Shown in pieces: positions 1-11,261 of a stretch of 64,000 nucleotides of DNA. The position numbers were made by a program, and so were the translations under genes. How positions within the stretch are numbered: the first letter of the stretch is position 1; each line of letters begins with the position of its first letter. Origin of the DNA: Candidatus Arcticimaribacter sp. (GTDB lineage Bacteria; Bacteroidota; Bacteroidia; Flavobacteriales; Flavobacteriaceae); assembly GCA_965658115.1 (NCBI GenBank), contig CBFHRA010000003.1, forward strand, positions 55,617 through 119,616, written 5' to 3'. The notes under the pieces were generated by a model. The model saw only the letters and a list, made by a program, of their open reading frames with translations, did no database searches and was not told the origin of the DNA.

Positions 1-6
1 GACTAC

Positions 7-2838
7 ATGAAATCATTTTTATACTCCTTTTTATTGGCCTTTGGTAGCGTAGTTTTAGCACAAACCCCTGCCACAGACGCACAGGCCCTTTCTTCTTCTT
101 TGGATTATTTTAAAAGTCTTCAGCAAAACGCTTTAGTCAAAAATGTCCCTTTTGAGAACATTGGCCCTAAAGTAATGAGCGGTCGAGTGGTTGCACTTGC
201 GGTTAACCCTAATGATCCAACAGAATTTTATGTAGCCTATGCTTCTGGTGGTGTATGGCATACCAAAACAAATGGGATCAGTTTTACACCTATTTCTGAA
301 AATGCTCCTACACAAAATATTGGAGAAATCGCTGTCCATTGGCCTACTAGAACACTATGGGTAGGGACAGGAGAAAACAATGCCTCTCGCTCTTCATATG
401 CAGGAATTGGCATGATGAAGTCAACGGATAATGGCGACACTTGGACCCTCGCGGGACTTGAGGACAGTCACCATATTGGGAAAATATTGATTCATCCAGA
501 AAATCCTAATCATGTTGTTGTAGGAGTAACCGGCCATTTGTATTCTCCTAATGAAGAACGCGGAGTTTACATCACTAAAGACGGGGGTAAAACTTGGGAA
601 CACACCTTATACATCAATAACGAAACCGGAGTGATTGACATGGCGACTGCACCCAATAACTTTGGGATTCAATATGCTGCAGTATGGGAAAAAGACCGCA
701 AAGCCTGGGATTTTGTTGGGAACGGAGAAAATTCTGGCATTTATAAAAGCACCGATGCTGGGTTGACATGGAAGCTAGTAAGCGGCGTCGAAACAGGTTT
801 TCCAGGTGGAGAAGGAGTAGGGCGTATAGGACTTGCCGTCTTTGATGAAAACACCCTTTATGCCATTCATGATTCTCAATTTAGACGTCCAAAAACAGAC
901 AAAGAAAAAAGGAATACTTTGACAAAGGACGACTTTAAAAGTATGAGCAAAGAAGCTTTTCTTGCCCTTGAGGACAAAAAATTGAACGCCTTTTTAAAAG
1001 AAAATAATTTCCAAGAAAAATACCGAGCGGCCAACTTGAAAAACAGCGTGCGAAGTGGCGCAGTAGTGCCTAAGGATTTAGCCACCTATTTAGAAGATGC
1101 CAATAGTCAGTTGTTTGATACCCCAGTTGTAGGTGCAGAAGTGTATAAAAGTATAGATGGCGGTGCCAGTTGGGAAAAAACCCACCAAGGCTATATCGAT
1201 GATTTGTACTACAGTTACGGCTATTACTTTGGACATGTACATGTCCATCCAAAACAAGAAGATAAAATTTACATCTATGGCGTGCCACTATTGACCTCAA
1301 ATGATGGCGGAAAAACCTTTGAATCAATCGGGAAATCAAATGTTCATTCAGACCATCACGCCTTGTGGATCAATCCAGAGAAAGCAGGACATTTGATCAA
1401 TGGAAACGATGGCGGAGTAAACATTACCTATGACGATGGAAAAAGCTGGATGAAAAATAATTCGACTACTGTAGGGCAATTTTATGCCATTAATGTCGAT
1501 AACGAAAAGCCGTATAATGTCTATGGCGGTTTACAAGATAACGGGGTGTGGAAAGGCGCTCATAACGCGGTAGACGACGAGCGTTGGCACTCTACTGGAC
1601 ATAATCCATGGACCTCGATCATGGGAGGTGATGGGATGAAAATTCAAATTGACAACCGCAACAGTAATATTGTTTATACCGGGTTTCAATTTGGCAACTA
1701 CTATCGTTTAGATCTAGCCAATAAAAAGCGCAAGGCTATTCAGCCAAAGCATACCCTGGGAGAAGCACCTTATCGATTTAACTGGCAGACCCCGATATTG
1801 CTGTCTAAACACAATCAAGACATCCTCTATTTTGGCGGAAACAAACTCCACAGGTCTTTAAATCAAGGCGACGATTGGGAAACCATTTCAAGTGATTTGA
1901 CTAAAGGAGGTAGAAAAGGAAATGTCGCCTATGGAACCTTAACGACCCTTTCAGAATCTCCCTTTCAGTTTGGGTATCTCTACACGGGTAGTGACGATGG
2001 TTATGTCAATAAAACCACTAATGGTGGTGGGAGCTGGGAACGAATTTCTGACAGCTTCCCACAAGATTTATGGGTAAGTAGAGTTGTTGCTTCGCAACAC
2101 CAAAAGGACCGCGTTTATGTTACCTTAAACGGGTATCGCTGGGATGATTTTAGTCCTTATGTTTATGTAAGTGAAGATGGCGGAAAACAATGGACTGCCA
2201 TCGCCAGTAATCTACCCCTCTCTCCCGTAAATGTTATTCGAGAAGATCCTAAAAAGGAAAACATCCTCTATCTAGGAAACGATATGGGGGTTTTTGTTTC
2301 GTTTGATCAAGGAGAAAATTGGATGCCCTTTGTAGCAGGACTTGCCACTGCAGCGGTCCATGATCTAGTGGTTCAATCAGAAGAGAATCATTTATTAGTA
2401 GGCACCCATGGTCGTTCTATTTACAAGGCAGATATCAGTCCTTTACAAGAAGAGGTCAAAGATCTTAAGCTATTACCAGTCGAAGATATTCGTCATTCGG
2501 CTCGATGGGGAAGCAGCTATTCAAGCTGGCGAAAAGCTTATACTCCTTCAATAGAATTAAAAGTGTTTTCAAACAATGCAGGGACCATTACATGGTCTAT
2601 TTATGACGAGAAAAAAACCCTTGTTTATTCAAGTGAACAATCAATAGACAAAGGCTACAATTATATTGATTACGATCTAACTTTAGCAGAAGATCAATTG
2701 AATAACTACCAAAGAAAAAATAAAAAGAACCCCCTAAAATCTGCAAAAAATGGACAATATTACTTACCAAAAGGGACCTACATCCTTAACGTCAAACAAG
2801 GTCAAAATAACACCTTGCAAAGTTTTAAAATTAAATAA
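7..2838 (+). CDS. VPS10/sortilin-like BNR (Asp-box) repeat beta-propeller protein, putative secreted glycosyl hydrolase
   Basis: 943 aa with signal peptide; IGP..SGR start motif; many Asp-box repeats (STDNGDTW, TKDGGKTW, STDAGLTW, SIDGGASW, SEDGGKQW); HSDHHALWINP and GTHGRS motifs. Confidence 0.85.
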   Translation: MKSFLYSFLLAFGSVVLAQTPATDAQALSSSLDYFKSLQQNALVKNVPFENIGPKVMSGRVVALAVNPNDPTEFYVAYASGGVWHTKTNGISFTPISENAPTQNIGEIAVHWPTRTLWVGTGENNASRSSYAGIGMMKSTDNGDTWTLAGLEDSHHIGKILIHPENPNHVVVGVTGHLYSPNEERGVYITKDGGKTWEHTLYINNETGVIDMATAPNNFGIQYAAVWEKDRKAWDFVGNGENSGIYKSTDAGLTWKLVSGVETGFPGGEGVGRIGLAVFDENTLYAIHDSQFRRPKTDKEKRNTLTKDDFKSMSKEAFLALEDKKLNAFLKENNFQEKYRAANLKNSVRSGAVVPKDLATYLEDANSQLFDTPVVGAEVYKSIDGGASWEKTHQGYIDDLYYSYGYYFGHVHVHPKQEDKIYIYGVPLLTSNDGGKTFESIGKSNVHSDHHALWINPEKAGHLINGNDGGVNITYDDGKSWMKNNSTTVGQFYAINVDNEKPYNVYGGLQDNGVWKGAHNAVDDERWHSTGHNPWTSIMGGDGMKIQIDNRNSNIVYTGFQFGNYYRLDLANKKRKAIQPKHTLGEAPYRFNWQTPILLSKHNQDILYFGGNKLHRSLNQGDDWETISSDLTKGGRKGNVAYGTLTTLSESPFQFGYLYTGSDDGYVNKTTNGGGSWERISDSFPQDLWVSRVVASQHQKDRVYVTLNGYRWDDFSPYVYVSEDGGKQWTAIASNLPLSPVNVIREDPKKENILYLGNDMGVFVSFDQGENWMPFVAGLATAAVHDLVVQSEENHLLVGTHGRSIYKADISPLQEEVKDLKLLPVEDIRHSARWGSSYSSWRKAYTPSIELKVFSNNAGTITWSIYDEKKTLVYSSEQSIDKGYNYIDYDLTLAEDQLNNYQRKNKKNPLKSAKNGQYYLPKGTYILNVKQGQNNTLQSFKIK

Positions 2839-3715
2839 GAAGGTTCTCCTCTTATTGATTTTAGGACTTTTTGTAAACAGCATGCTTTTTGCCCAAGAGG
2901 TAGAAGCAGATAGCTTGCCCAGTTGGAAGCAAGAACGAAAACTAGGTATCTTGATCAATCAATCTAGTTTTGACAACTGGCTCGCAGGAGGGGTCAATAG
3001 TTTTAGTGGCACGCTCAATTTTGATTATGATCTTGCGTATCAAAATGAAAAATGGAATTGGACGACGACCCTAGATGCTGCTTTAGGCTATGCTAAAAAT
3101 ATGGGCGATGATTATTTTAACAAGACAGAAGACCAATTAGAAATCAACACTATTTTGCTTCGCAAAAATGAACGCGCCATAAACTTTTCTTCTTCTTTCA
3201 ATCTTAAAACGCAAAATGCCCCTGGGAATAACTTTATCGAACAAGAGGGAGATATTGAACGGGTTAAAACTTCGGGTTTTTTCTCCCCAGCTTATATGCG
3301 TTTAGGGGTGGGGATCGCATTTGAAAAAGATGATCTCATTGCACTACAATTCAACCCTTTAAATGCGCGTTTAATTGTGGTCGATCAAATGTTTACCCGT
3401 AACCTTGCAGCTGGGGAAACCTTTTTTGGGGTAGCGGCAGATAAAACGACCCGCTGGGAAGCAGGGGCTTCTTTTGCCTTGCAAAGCAAAACAACAATCG
3501 CAAAGAATGTAGTCCTGTCAAATAATTTGAGTTTGGTTGCAAACTATCTTGAAGAGTTTAAAAACATTGACCTTGATTTTACCAGTACACTTAACATGAA
3601 AGTCAATGAATATTTAAGCGCTATTTTAGAAGCACAAATATTATATGACGATAACGCCCTTGCAGATCTTCAATTTCGACAAGTTTTTGGATTAGCAGTT
3701 TCCTTGCCATTTTAG
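2831..3715 (+). CDS. DUF3078-family outer-membrane protein (start codon uncertain)
   Basis: NQSSFDNWLAGG, FFSPAY and YDDN..LQFRQVFG motifs with C-terminal Phe; signal-like NKKVLLLLILG begins after TTA at 2831, first TTG 2855, first internal ATG 2882. Confidence 0.7.
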   Translation, partial: LNKKVLLLLILGLFVNSMLFAQEVEADSLPSWKQERKLGILINQSSFDNWLAGGVNSFSGTLNFDYDLAYQNEKWNWTTTLDAALGYAKNMGDDYFNKTEDQLEINTILLRKNERAINFSSSFNLKTQNAPGNNFIEQEGDIERVKTSGFFSPAYMRLGVGIAFEKDDLIALQFNPLNARLIVVDQMFTRNLAAGETFFGVAADKTTRWEAGASFALQSKTTIAKNVVLSNNLSLVANYLEEFKNIDLDFTSTLNMKVNEYLSAILEAQILYDDNALADLQFRQVFGLAVSLPF

Positions 3716-3849
3716 TTTTGTTTAAACAATAAGGTTATTGAGATAGTATACGGACAGATTGCTTAAACAGGATTATCACAGCTGAATTTAGAGTTGTTAT
3801 AAACTGTGAAAATCAAAGGGAATAATTTCATTCTAACCGCTTTATGCCT

Positions 3850-3857
3850 TAATTTTG
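3850..3857 (+). promoter_or_regulatory. Bacteroidetes -7 promoter element (TAATTTTG) for sdhCAB
   Basis: Matches TAnnTTTG 20 nt upstream of sdhC ATG. Confidence 0.55.
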
Positions 3858-3877
3858 TTTCAACTAAACTGAATTTA

Positions 3878-4540
3878 ATGAGTACACTAATCAAGACGTC
3901 ACTGGCTAGAAAATTTGCCATGGCGCTTTCGGGATTGTTTTTGGTTTTCTTTTTGCTACAGCATTTTACCATCAATCTAACTTCTGTTTTCAGTGAAGAG
4001 GTCTTCAATGAACTTTCACACTTTATGGGAAACAACCCACTAGTTCAATTTGCCTTACAACCCGTCTTAATTTTTGGGGTGATCTTTCACTTTGTAATGG
4101 GCTTTGTTTTAGAGATTCAAAATAGAAAAGCAAGAGCAAGTAAATACGCTACAAACAACGGCGCGGCAAATTCCTCATGGATGTCAAGAAATATGATTAT
4201 TTCTGGTGCGGTTGTATTGTCTTTTCTAGGGCTTCACTTTTACGATTTTTGGATTCCAGAGATGAATTATAAATATGTTGAGGTGCTTCCAGAAAATCCC
4301 ACAAGATATTTCGAGGAGTTGGTTCACAAGTTCGAAAATCCAGTACGTGTAGGATTATACGTTATTTCTTTTGGCTTTTTAGCCTTACACCTCTTACACG
4401 GATTTAGCTCTTCGTTCCAATCTCTGGGCGCAAATAATAAATACACTCGAGCGATAAAAGGCTTTACGACTGCTTTTGCGATCGGGATTCCATTAGGGTT
4501 TGTCTTTATTGCATTGTTTCACCATTTAACAGCATTTTAA
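3878..4540 (+). CDS. sdhC: Succinate dehydrogenase cytochrome b subunit
   Basis: [17 protein letters not shown] motif, five TM helices with heme-ligand His; upstream of sdhA; ATG at 3878 preferred. Confidence 0.93.
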   Translation: MSTLIKTSLARKFAMALSGLFLVFFLLQHFTINLTSVFSEEVFNELSHFMGNNPLVQFALQPVLIFGVIFHFVMGFVLEIQNRKARASKYATNNGAANSSWMSRNMIISGAVVLSFLGLHFYDFWIPEMNYKYVEVLPENPTRYFEELVHKFENPVRVGLYVISFGFLALHLLHGFSSSFQSLGANNKYTRAIKGFTTAFAIGIPLGFVFIALFHHLTAF

Positions 4541-4541
4541 T

Positions 4542-6545
4542 ATGGCGACTTTAGATTCTAAAATACCAAAAGGGCCTTTGGCCGATAAGTGGACCAATCA
4601 CAAGAGCCACATCAATCTAGTGAGTCCTGCTAACAAACGTTTGATTGACGTGATTGTGGTAGGAACAGGTTTAGCTGGAGCATCTGCTTCTGCTACCCTT
4701 GCAGAGCTAGGATATAACGTAAAAACATTTTGTTTTCAAGATTCTCCACGTCGTGCACACTCTATTGCTGCGCAAGGGGGGATTAACGCTGCAAAAAATT
4801 ATCAAGGAGATGGGGATTCTACCTATCGCTTGTTTTATGACACCATTAAAGGGGGCGATTATCGTTCGCGTGAAGCTAATGTTCACCGTTTAGCAGAGGT
4901 ATCGACAAATATTATTGACCAGTGTGTTGCACAAGGAGTTCCTTTTGCACGTGACTATGGAGGATTATTAGACAACCGTTCTTTTGGAGGGGTTTTAGTC
5001 TCCAGAACTTTTTATGCTAAAGGTCAAACAGGACAGCAATTATTACTAGGGGCTTATTCTGCCATGAACCGTCAAATTGGGCGTGGTAAAATCAAAATGT
5101 ACAACCGTCACGAGATGATGGATCTTGTTGTTGTTGATGGAAAAGCACGTGGGATTATCACCCGTAACTTAGTCAATGGACAAATCGAACGTCATGGAGC
5201 ACATGCGGTTGTGATCGCTTCTGGAGGATATGGAAACGTATTCTTCTTATCGACAAACGCCATGGGAAGTAATGTTTCTGCTGGATGGAAAATTCACAAA
5301 AAAGGAGCACATTTTGCGAACCCTTGTTTTACACAAATACACCCAACTTGTATTCCAGTATCTGGAGACCATCAATCAAAGCTGACCTTGATGTCAGAAT
5401 CTTTGCGTAATGATGGACGAATTTGGGTACCTAAAAACATTGAAGACGTAAAAGCCATTCGCGAAGGCAAGTTAAAACCAACTGAAATCGCTGAAGAAAA
5501 TCGCGATTATTACCTAGAGCGTCGCTATCCGGCCTTTGGTAACCTTGTGCCTCGTGATGTAGCTTCTCGCGCCGCTAAAGAGCGTTGTGATGCAGGCTAT
5601 GGCGTAAATAAAACAGGAGAGGCCGTTTACCTTGATTTTGCTTCTGCAATTATGCGTTATGGAAAAGAGCAGGCACACGTAAAAGGTTTAAATGAAAATG
5701 ACGCTGTCTTAGTCAAGAAATTAGGGCAAGATGTTGTGCGTGCAAAATATGGAAACCTTTTCCAGATGTACGAAAAAATCGTTGATCAAAACCCTTATGA
5801 AACCCCTATGATGATTTACCCAGCGGTACACTATACCATGGGAGGTGTTTGGGTAGATTATAACTTGATGACCAGTATCCCGGGCTGTTATGCGATTGGA
5901 GAAGCAAACTTCTCTGACCACGGAGCGAATCGTTTAGGAGCGTCTGCCTTAATGCAAGGTTTAGCAGATGGTTACTTTGTACTTCCTTATACCATTGGTG
6001 ACTATTTAGCCAATGATATCCGTACGGGAGCCATCGATACCAATACCCCAGAATTTGAGGCTGCCGAAAAAGCAGTAAAGGATCAAATCGATGCTTTTGT
6101 AAATAACAACGGTAAAAATTCGGTAGATTCTTATCACAGAAAGCTAGGGAAAATCATGTGGAACAAATGTGGAATGTCTCGTAATGCAGAAGGTTTAAAA
6201 GAAGCTATCGCTGAAATTAAAGCCCTGCGTGAAGATTTCTATAAAAACGTTAATGTTCCCGGAGAAGCAAACGAGTTCAACGAACAGTTAGCAAAAGCAG
6301 GTCGCGTAGCAGACTTCCTAGAATTAGGAGAGTTATTTGCTAAGGATGCGCTTGAGCGAACAGAATCTTGTGGAGGACACTTCCGTGAAGAGTCACAAAC
6401 GCCTGAAGGAGAAGCCCTGCGCGATGATGAAAACTTTACGTTTGTGTCTGCTTGGGAATACAAAGGAGAACCTTCTGAGGCGGTTTTAGTCAAAGAAGAC
6501 TTGAACTATGAAGAAATTGAAGTAAAAACACGTTCATACAAATAG
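4542..6545 (+). CDS. sdhA: Succinate dehydrogenase/fumarate reductase flavoprotein subunit
   Basis: [11 protein letters not shown] site, [13 protein letters not shown] (covalent FAD His), [21 protein letters not shown]. Confidence 0.97.
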   Translation: MATLDSKIPKGPLADKWTNHKSHINLVSPANKRLIDVIVVGTGLAGASASATLAELGYNVKTFCFQDSPRRAHSIAAQGGINAAKNYQGDGDSTYRLFYDTIKGGDYRSREANVHRLAEVSTNIIDQCVAQGVPFARDYGGLLDNRSFGGVLVSRTFYAKGQTGQQLLLGAYSAMNRQIGRGKIKMYNRHEMMDLVVVDGKARGIITRNLVNGQIERHGAHAVVIASGGYGNVFFLSTNAMGSNVSAGWKIHKKGAHFANPCFTQIHPTCIPVSGDHQSKLTLMSESLRNDGRIWVPKNIEDVKAIREGKLKPTEIAEENRDYYLERRYPAFGNLVPRDVASRAAKERCDAGYGVNKTGEAVYLDFASAIMRYGKEQAHVKGLNENDAVLVKKLGQDVVRAKYGNLFQMYEKIVDQNPYETPMMIYPAVHYTMGGVWVDYNLMTSIPGCYAIGEANFSDHGANRLGASALMQGLADGYFVLPYTIGDYLANDIRTGAIDTNTPEFEAAEKAVKDQIDAFVNNNGKNSVDSYHRKLGKIMWNKCGMSRNAEGLKEAIAEIKALREDFYKNVNVPGEANEFNEQLAKAGRVADFLELGELFAKDALERTESCGGHFREESQTPEGEALRDDENFTFVSAWEYKGEPSEAVLVKEDLNYEEIEVKTRSYK

Positions 6546-6549
6546 ACCT

Positions 6550-7296
6550 ATGAATTTAACACTAAAGATTTGGCGTCAAGCAAACGCAGACGCTACCGGA
6601 AGTATAGAGACTTATCCTATTGAAAATGTATCACCAGATATGTCCTTTTTAGAAATGATGGATGTGCTCAACGAAGAATTAATTGGTAAGGGAATCGACC
6701 CAGTTGCATTTGACCACGATTGTCGCGAAGGAATTTGCGGAATGTGTTCGATGTATATTAACGGAGAAGCTCACGGTCCAGACCGTTTGGTAACAACCTG
6801 TCAATTGCACATGCGTAAATTTAAAGATGGGGACACTATCACCATTGAACCTTTCCGCGCGAATGCATTTCCAGTCGTAAAGGACTTAGCAGTAGATCGT
6901 TCAGCTTTTGATCGTATTCAACATGCGGGTGGTTTTGTGAGTGTAAATACCTCTGGAAATACCCAAGATGCTAATGCCATTCCAATTGACAAGCATGATG
7001 CAGATAAAGCTTTTGATGCTGCAACCTGTATTGGATGTGGTGCTTGTGTAGCGAGCTGTAAAAATGCTTCTGCGATGTTGTTTGTTTCGGCAAAAGTATC
7101 TCAGTATGCCCTTTTACCACAAGGGAAAGTTGAAGCGACAGACCGTGTTTTAAACATGGTAAAACAGATGGATGAAGAAGGCTTTGGAAACTGTACCAAC
7201 ACCGGCGCTTGCGAGGTAGAATGTCCTAAAGGAATTTCTTTAGAAAACATCGCTCGTATGAACCGCGAATATTTATCGGCTAGCTTAAAAGGCTAA
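6550..7296 (+). CDS. sdhB: Succinate dehydrogenase iron-sulfur subunit
   Basis: [32 protein letters not shown] Fe-S motifs. Confidence 0.97.
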   Translation: MNLTLKIWRQANADATGSIETYPIENVSPDMSFLEMMDVLNEELIGKGIDPVAFDHDCREGICGMCSMYINGEAHGPDRLVTTCQLHMRKFKDGDTITIEPFRANAFPVVKDLAVDRSAFDRIQHAGGFVSVNTSGNTQDANAIPIDKHDADKAFDAATCIGCGACVASCKNASAMLFVSAKVSQYALLPQGKVEATDRVLNMVKQMDEEGFGNCTNTGACEVECPKGISLENIARMNREYLSASLKG

Positions 7297-7319
7297 GTCA
7301 ATTTTAAAGTTTAGAAGAC

Positions 7320-7350
7320 AACCTGCTCATGAGAATGAGCAGGTTTTTTT
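7320..7350 (+). terminator. Rho-independent terminator of sdhCAB
   Basis: AACCTGCTCAT-GAGA-ATGAGCAGGTT hairpin running into a T tract. Confidence 0.9.
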
Positions 7351-7421
7351 AATTACTTTTAAAAGTATACAGTCTGGTATTTCTCTTGAATTAAAGAATA
7401 GAGTGGGCAGCTTTTGATTCA

Positions 7422-8072
7422 TCATACCAGGATGCTTTTGTAATTATCTAAGGCCACAACACAGCCCAATTCTAACAACTTTTCTTGCGAAAACTGGGTG
7501 CTAATTCCCACTACTTTCATCCCTGCAGCTTTGGCGGCTGTAATCCCAGATTGGGTGTCTTCGAAGGCGAGACAGTCGTTAGGGTCAATGCCTATTTTTT
7601 CTGCGGCCTGCAAAAAGATTTCGGGATGAGGTTTCCCTTGTGTCACTTGGTCCCCTCCTGTCGTACTGTGAAAATAAGCTCCGATATTCAATTGCTTAAG
7701 GGTCATATCAAGATTGTTTTGATCCCCCATGGTGGCTAGGCCCGCAGGGATGTTTTTTGTCTTGAGTTGTTCCAAAAAAAGATGTAAGCCCGGGAGAGGG
7801 GCTAGTAAATGTCCATAAGTATCGCGGTATAAGGCTTCTTTTTCGTTGCCTACTTGTCGCAGTTCTTCTTCGGTGGTTAGGTGGGGAAAAAAGCGCGCCA
7901 TGACTTCGATCAAAGTGCCTTTGTGGTAATCACGCTCAAAGGTTTCTGCATCGATTCCCAGCTTTTTAAGGACTATAAACTTCATCCATGCTTCATGATG
8001 GAAATGCATATTATCGGTCAAGGTGCCGTCCATATCAAAAATGTAGGCTTTTGCTGTGGGGAGTTGTATCAT
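7422..8072 (-). CDS. HAD-superfamily phosphatase (beta-PGM/CbbY-like)
   Basis: FDMDGTL, GKPHPEIF and FED..SGI.AA..AGM motifs; ATG at 8072 preferred. Confidence 0.9.
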   Translation of the reverse strand: MIQLPTAKAYIFDMDGTLTDNMHFHHEAWMKFIVLKKLGIDAETFERDYHKGTLIEVMARFFPHLTTEEELRQVGNEKEALYRDTYGHLLAPLPGLHLFLEQLKTKNIPAGLATMGDQNNLDMTLKQLNIGAYFHSTTGGDQVTQGKPHPEIFLQAAEKIGIDPNDCLAFEDTQSGITAAKAAGMKVVGISTQFSQEKLLELGCVVALDNYKSILV

Positions 8073-8111
8073 TGGTGTTTTTTTTACATCTTTAACAGAA
8101 GTCTTAAATAT

Positions 8112-8891
8112 ATGGAATCTCAACTTACACTTACTGCCCTTCAGACCAATCTTTTTTGGGAGGATAAACCAAAGAACTGGGAACAGTTAGGTCATCAAAT
8201 CGATGGGCTTCCTAAAACAGATCTCATCATTCTTCCAGAAATGTTTACCACCGGGTTTAGCATGGAAGCAGAGAAAAATGCAGAGTCCATGGAAGGAGAA
8301 ACCGTTCAATGGATGCAACAGTGGGCAAAGAAAAAAAATGCTGCCATAGCGGGCAGTACGGTGATTAAAGAAAATGGGAAATGCTATAATCGTTTCTTAT
8401 TTGTCTCCCCAAATGGAGAAATTCAATTTTATGATAAGCGTCACACCTTTACTTTAGCAGGAGAAGACAAGGCCTATACAACTGGAGAAAACGACGGTTT
8501 AATTGACTATAAAGGTTGGAAGATATGTTTACGGGTTTGTTATGACCTGCGGTTCCCTGTATGGGGTAGAAACACAGCAGATTATGATGTGTTGATTTAT
8601 ACGGCCAACTGGCCCCATAAACGCATCGCTGCATGGGATACATTATTAAAAGCACGTTCGATTGAAAACATGAGCTATTGCGTGGGCGTCAATAGAGTAG
8701 GGACAGATGGATCTGATCTATACTATCCCGGGCACACAGCAATATATGATTATATGGGCGAAAAAGTAGGCGTAACTAAAGCAGAAGAGCAAGATCATAC
8801 AACCGTAAAAATGGATCGTGATAAGATGTTACTGGCCCGACAAAAACTCAACTTTTTAAACGATAGAGATCGCTTTACTATTCAATCGTAA
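8112..8891 (+). CDS. Nitrilase-family omega-amidase (YafV-like amidohydrolase)
   Basis: LPEMFTTGF, YDKRH, VCYDLRFP (Glu-Lys-Cys triad), ANWP..RI.AW..LL.AR.IEN; ATG at 8112. Confidence 0.9.
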   Translation: MESQLTLTALQTNLFWEDKPKNWEQLGHQIDGLPKTDLIILPEMFTTGFSMEAEKNAESMEGETVQWMQQWAKKKNAAIAGSTVIKENGKCYNRFLFVSPNGEIQFYDKRHTFTLAGEDKAYTTGENDGLIDYKGWKICLRVCYDLRFPVWGRNTADYDVLIYTANWPHKRIAAWDTLLKARSIENMSYCVGVNRVGTDGSDLYYPGHTAIYDYMGEKVGVTKAEEQDHTTVKMDRDKMLLARQKLNFLNDRDRFTIQS

Positions 8892-10491
8892 AGGTTTCGA
8901 TTAAATCCCAATTTGCTCTTAGGGTAAGATAGTCGGCTAAATAAACCACCTCTTCAGGTTGTCTTTTTTCAAGGTAATTCCCCGTGTCCCAGCGTCCATT
9001 TCCATTGCGGTCTTTGATAAAACGAATCTGATATTCTTTTGGTCTTAAATACTCCAATTTATAGCTGTTATCTTCGTTTTGATTAACACGTCTAATTAGA
9101 CTTCCTTTTTTATCAATCAATTCAAAAAAGTAAGGCATTGATTCATCTTTTCTTTCGACGGTTAAAAACAAAGTCCCATAATCTTCTATTGCTCCCGTTT
9201 TTACAGAATGAATGATGGTATCGTTTGTTGCGCCTAAAAAGTTAGTGATTGCATTAGGTAAAATTTGAATGCGATAGTTGTCCTTTTGGACTTTCTTAAA
9301 GTCAAGGTAAACCCTGTCTTTATTAGGGTCAATAGAACTCGTAAAAGGAACGGCTACAGTATCAATATCAAAGATTTGTATGAACTCATCGTTTACCGCA
9401 GTAATTGGAAGGTTGCTCTCAATCTTAAGGGTGTCGAGAAAGTGTAAAACATTGAAGTTTTTAGGGGATAAGCTTAGCATTAAAGAATCTAAGTCAGGCT
9501 TAAAAGGCTTAATCACCACTGGGCGCATAGAATCTTTTTCTTCCAAAGCGACCACAATAGAATCCAATTCTTTTTGTGGTTGAAACCAGTAGTGTAGGGT
9601 ATCCGTTTCTCTATCGCGGGTAAAGAAACCTTTGGCATTTTGTTCAAATGCCTCTTCAAAAACAATTTCTTTATCAGTCACATCTCCAAAGTATCCAAAC
9701 TCTAAATGATGTTCATTTACATAACGAGGCCTTCCCCATTTAAAATTAGTCACCTCTTTAAAAAGTACAGGAAACTTTAAAGAGTCTTGCGGTAATTCAA
9801 TGGGTGCTTCAAAAAAGCCGATCAAATCAACAAATTGATCGAAAAGATAATTTTTCCCTACATCTTTAATGGCAATAAATTCGTATTTCCCGGGGGCTAG
9901 ACTTTGTAAATTGAAGTAAATACTATCAAGTGTATTTCCCACATAAAGCGGTTTTTGTAAATAGATAGTTGAATCGGTATAGGTAGAATCAACCGGATAT
10001 AAATGAATTGAAACTTGGGATAAAGAATCTAATGCATAAGCATCTTTAACCGTTCCAGATAGGCTTAAAGAATCTAAATAATCCCCAGTCGAAAAGGTAT
10101 AACTAAAGAAAGGTAGGGGGTTATTTTCGTTATAATCTTCTATGGCTTCGCCAAAGTTAAACGTGTAGGTTGTGTTTTCTCTGGGGGCTTCTTCAAAACG
10201 AATCTCTACCTTCTTGCTCACGGTCCCTTCGGGAAGAATTTTATACGAACTTTTTTCGATGGGTGGAGAAACAATTAATTGGTTCGTAATATCTTTCAAT
10301 TGTATGTATTCGTCAAAAACTAAGACTACCTTTTCTGCGTCAAAATTAACTTTATTGAGCGGGGGGTTTGCAGAGATTAACACAGGGGGAATACTGTCTT
10401 TATCTCCGCCGGTAGGTGTTCCTCTTTTTGCGCAGTGGGTCGTTGAGACCACCCACAGTATGGCGATAATAATGCTTAGTTTTTTTCGCAT
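8878..10491 (-). CDS. Ig-like (Big_5) domain lipoprotein
   Basis: Lipobox followed by CAKRGTPTGG.KD..PP, FDEYI.L, NTTYTFNFGEAI.D.NE, C-terminal D.NGNGRWDTG...QPE...LRANWD. Confidence 0.8.
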   Translation of the reverse strand: MRKKLSIIIAILWVVSTTHCAKRGTPTGGDKDSIPPVLISANPPLNKVNFDAEKVVLVFDEYIQLKDITNQLIVSPPIEKSSYKILPEGTVSKKVEIRFEEAPRENTTYTFNFGEAIEDYNENNPLPFFSYTFSTGDYLDSLSLSGTVKDAYALDSLSQVSIHLYPVDSTYTDSTIYLQKPLYVGNTLDSIYFNLQSLAPGKYEFIAIKDVGKNYLFDQFVDLIGFFEAPIELPQDSLKFPVLFKEVTNFKWGRPRYVNEHHLEFGYFGDVTDKEIVFEEAFEQNAKGFFTRDRETDTLHYWFQPQKELDSIVVALEEKDSMRPVVIKPFKPDLDSLMLSLSPKNFNVLHFLDTLKIESNLPITAVNDEFIQIFDIDTVAVPFTSSIDPNKDRVYLDFKKVQKDNYRIQILPNAITNFLGATNDTIIHSVKTGAIEDYGTLFLTVERKDESMPYFFELIDKKGSLIRRVNQNEDNSYKLEYLRPKEYQIRFIKDRNGNGRWDTGNYLEKRQPEEVVYLADYLTLRANWDLIETFTIE

Positions 10492-10517
10492 ATGCTGCAA
10501 AGTAACACATAAATCTG

Positions 10518-11210
10518 CTAATTTCTACAGACGATGGTGGCAATACTCAAGGAAAGATGATCAATTTTAACAAGCAATTTAGAACAGACTTTTAAGGTAG
10601 CTCCTGTGGTTAGAATATCGTCGAGTAATAAATAGTGTCCTTTAGGGAGTTTAATCATTGGATTAATTCGAAATGCATCTTGAAGAATCTCATTTCTATC
10701 ACGGCTGGCTTTTGAAAGTTTTGGGGTGTGTTTAATTCTTTCAAGGAATGTTCCATAATAAGGAATTGACAAGGCATTTGCTGCACTTTGTCCGATTATA
10801 TCAACTTGATTAAACCCTCGTTTTCGTTGTCTCTTTGGATGCAATGGCACACCAATAATCCCATCAAAAGTACAGGCTAAACCACTGATTAATCCCGCTA
10901 ACTTCTGACCAAAAAAAGTACCAATAGCTTTATTCCCTCCATATTTGAATTGATATAGTAAAGATTCAATTAGTGCAGTCTGTTCAAAAATATACAAGGA
11001 AAAAACCCGATCAACCTTGAGGTCATTAAACAGGTGGCGCTTTAGCGGCGATGGGTGGATCACATGAAAATAGGTCAAAGGCAACTCGAGTTCACAATGG
11101 AGACACAACACTTTTTTAGGGAAATTGATTTCTCTTTGACAGCCAATGCATAAGCGTGGAAAAAACAATTCAAAAACAGACAGCAGTAGGCGAAAAAGAG
11201 GAACGAACAT
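10518..11210 (-). CDS. comF: ComF family phosphoribosyltransferase-like protein
   Basis: FFP..CxxC...CxxC, VPLH..R...RGFNQ, LLDDILTTGAT; start approximate. Confidence 0.85.
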   Translation of the reverse strand: MFVPLFRLLLSVFELFFPRLCIGCQREINFPKKVLCLHCELELPLTYFHVIHPSPLKRHLFNDLKVDRVFSLYIFEQTALIESLLYQFKYGGNKAIGTFFGQKLAGLISGLACTFDGIIGVPLHPKRQRKRGFNQVDIIGQSAANALSIPYYGTFLERIKHTPKLSKASRDRNEILQDAFRINPMIKLPKGHYLLLDDILTTGATLKVCSKLLVKIDHLSLSIATIVCRN

Positions 11211-11261
11211 TTCAAGGCGATTTGGTTCCTCCAAAATACGAAAAAGGGTTATTTTTGCAGC

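Noticed and set aside
7881-8123. Apparent long head-to-head overlap of HAD and amidohydrolase ORFs
   Set aside because: Artefact of maximal ORF extension; starts at 8072 (-) and 8112 (+) remove the overlap
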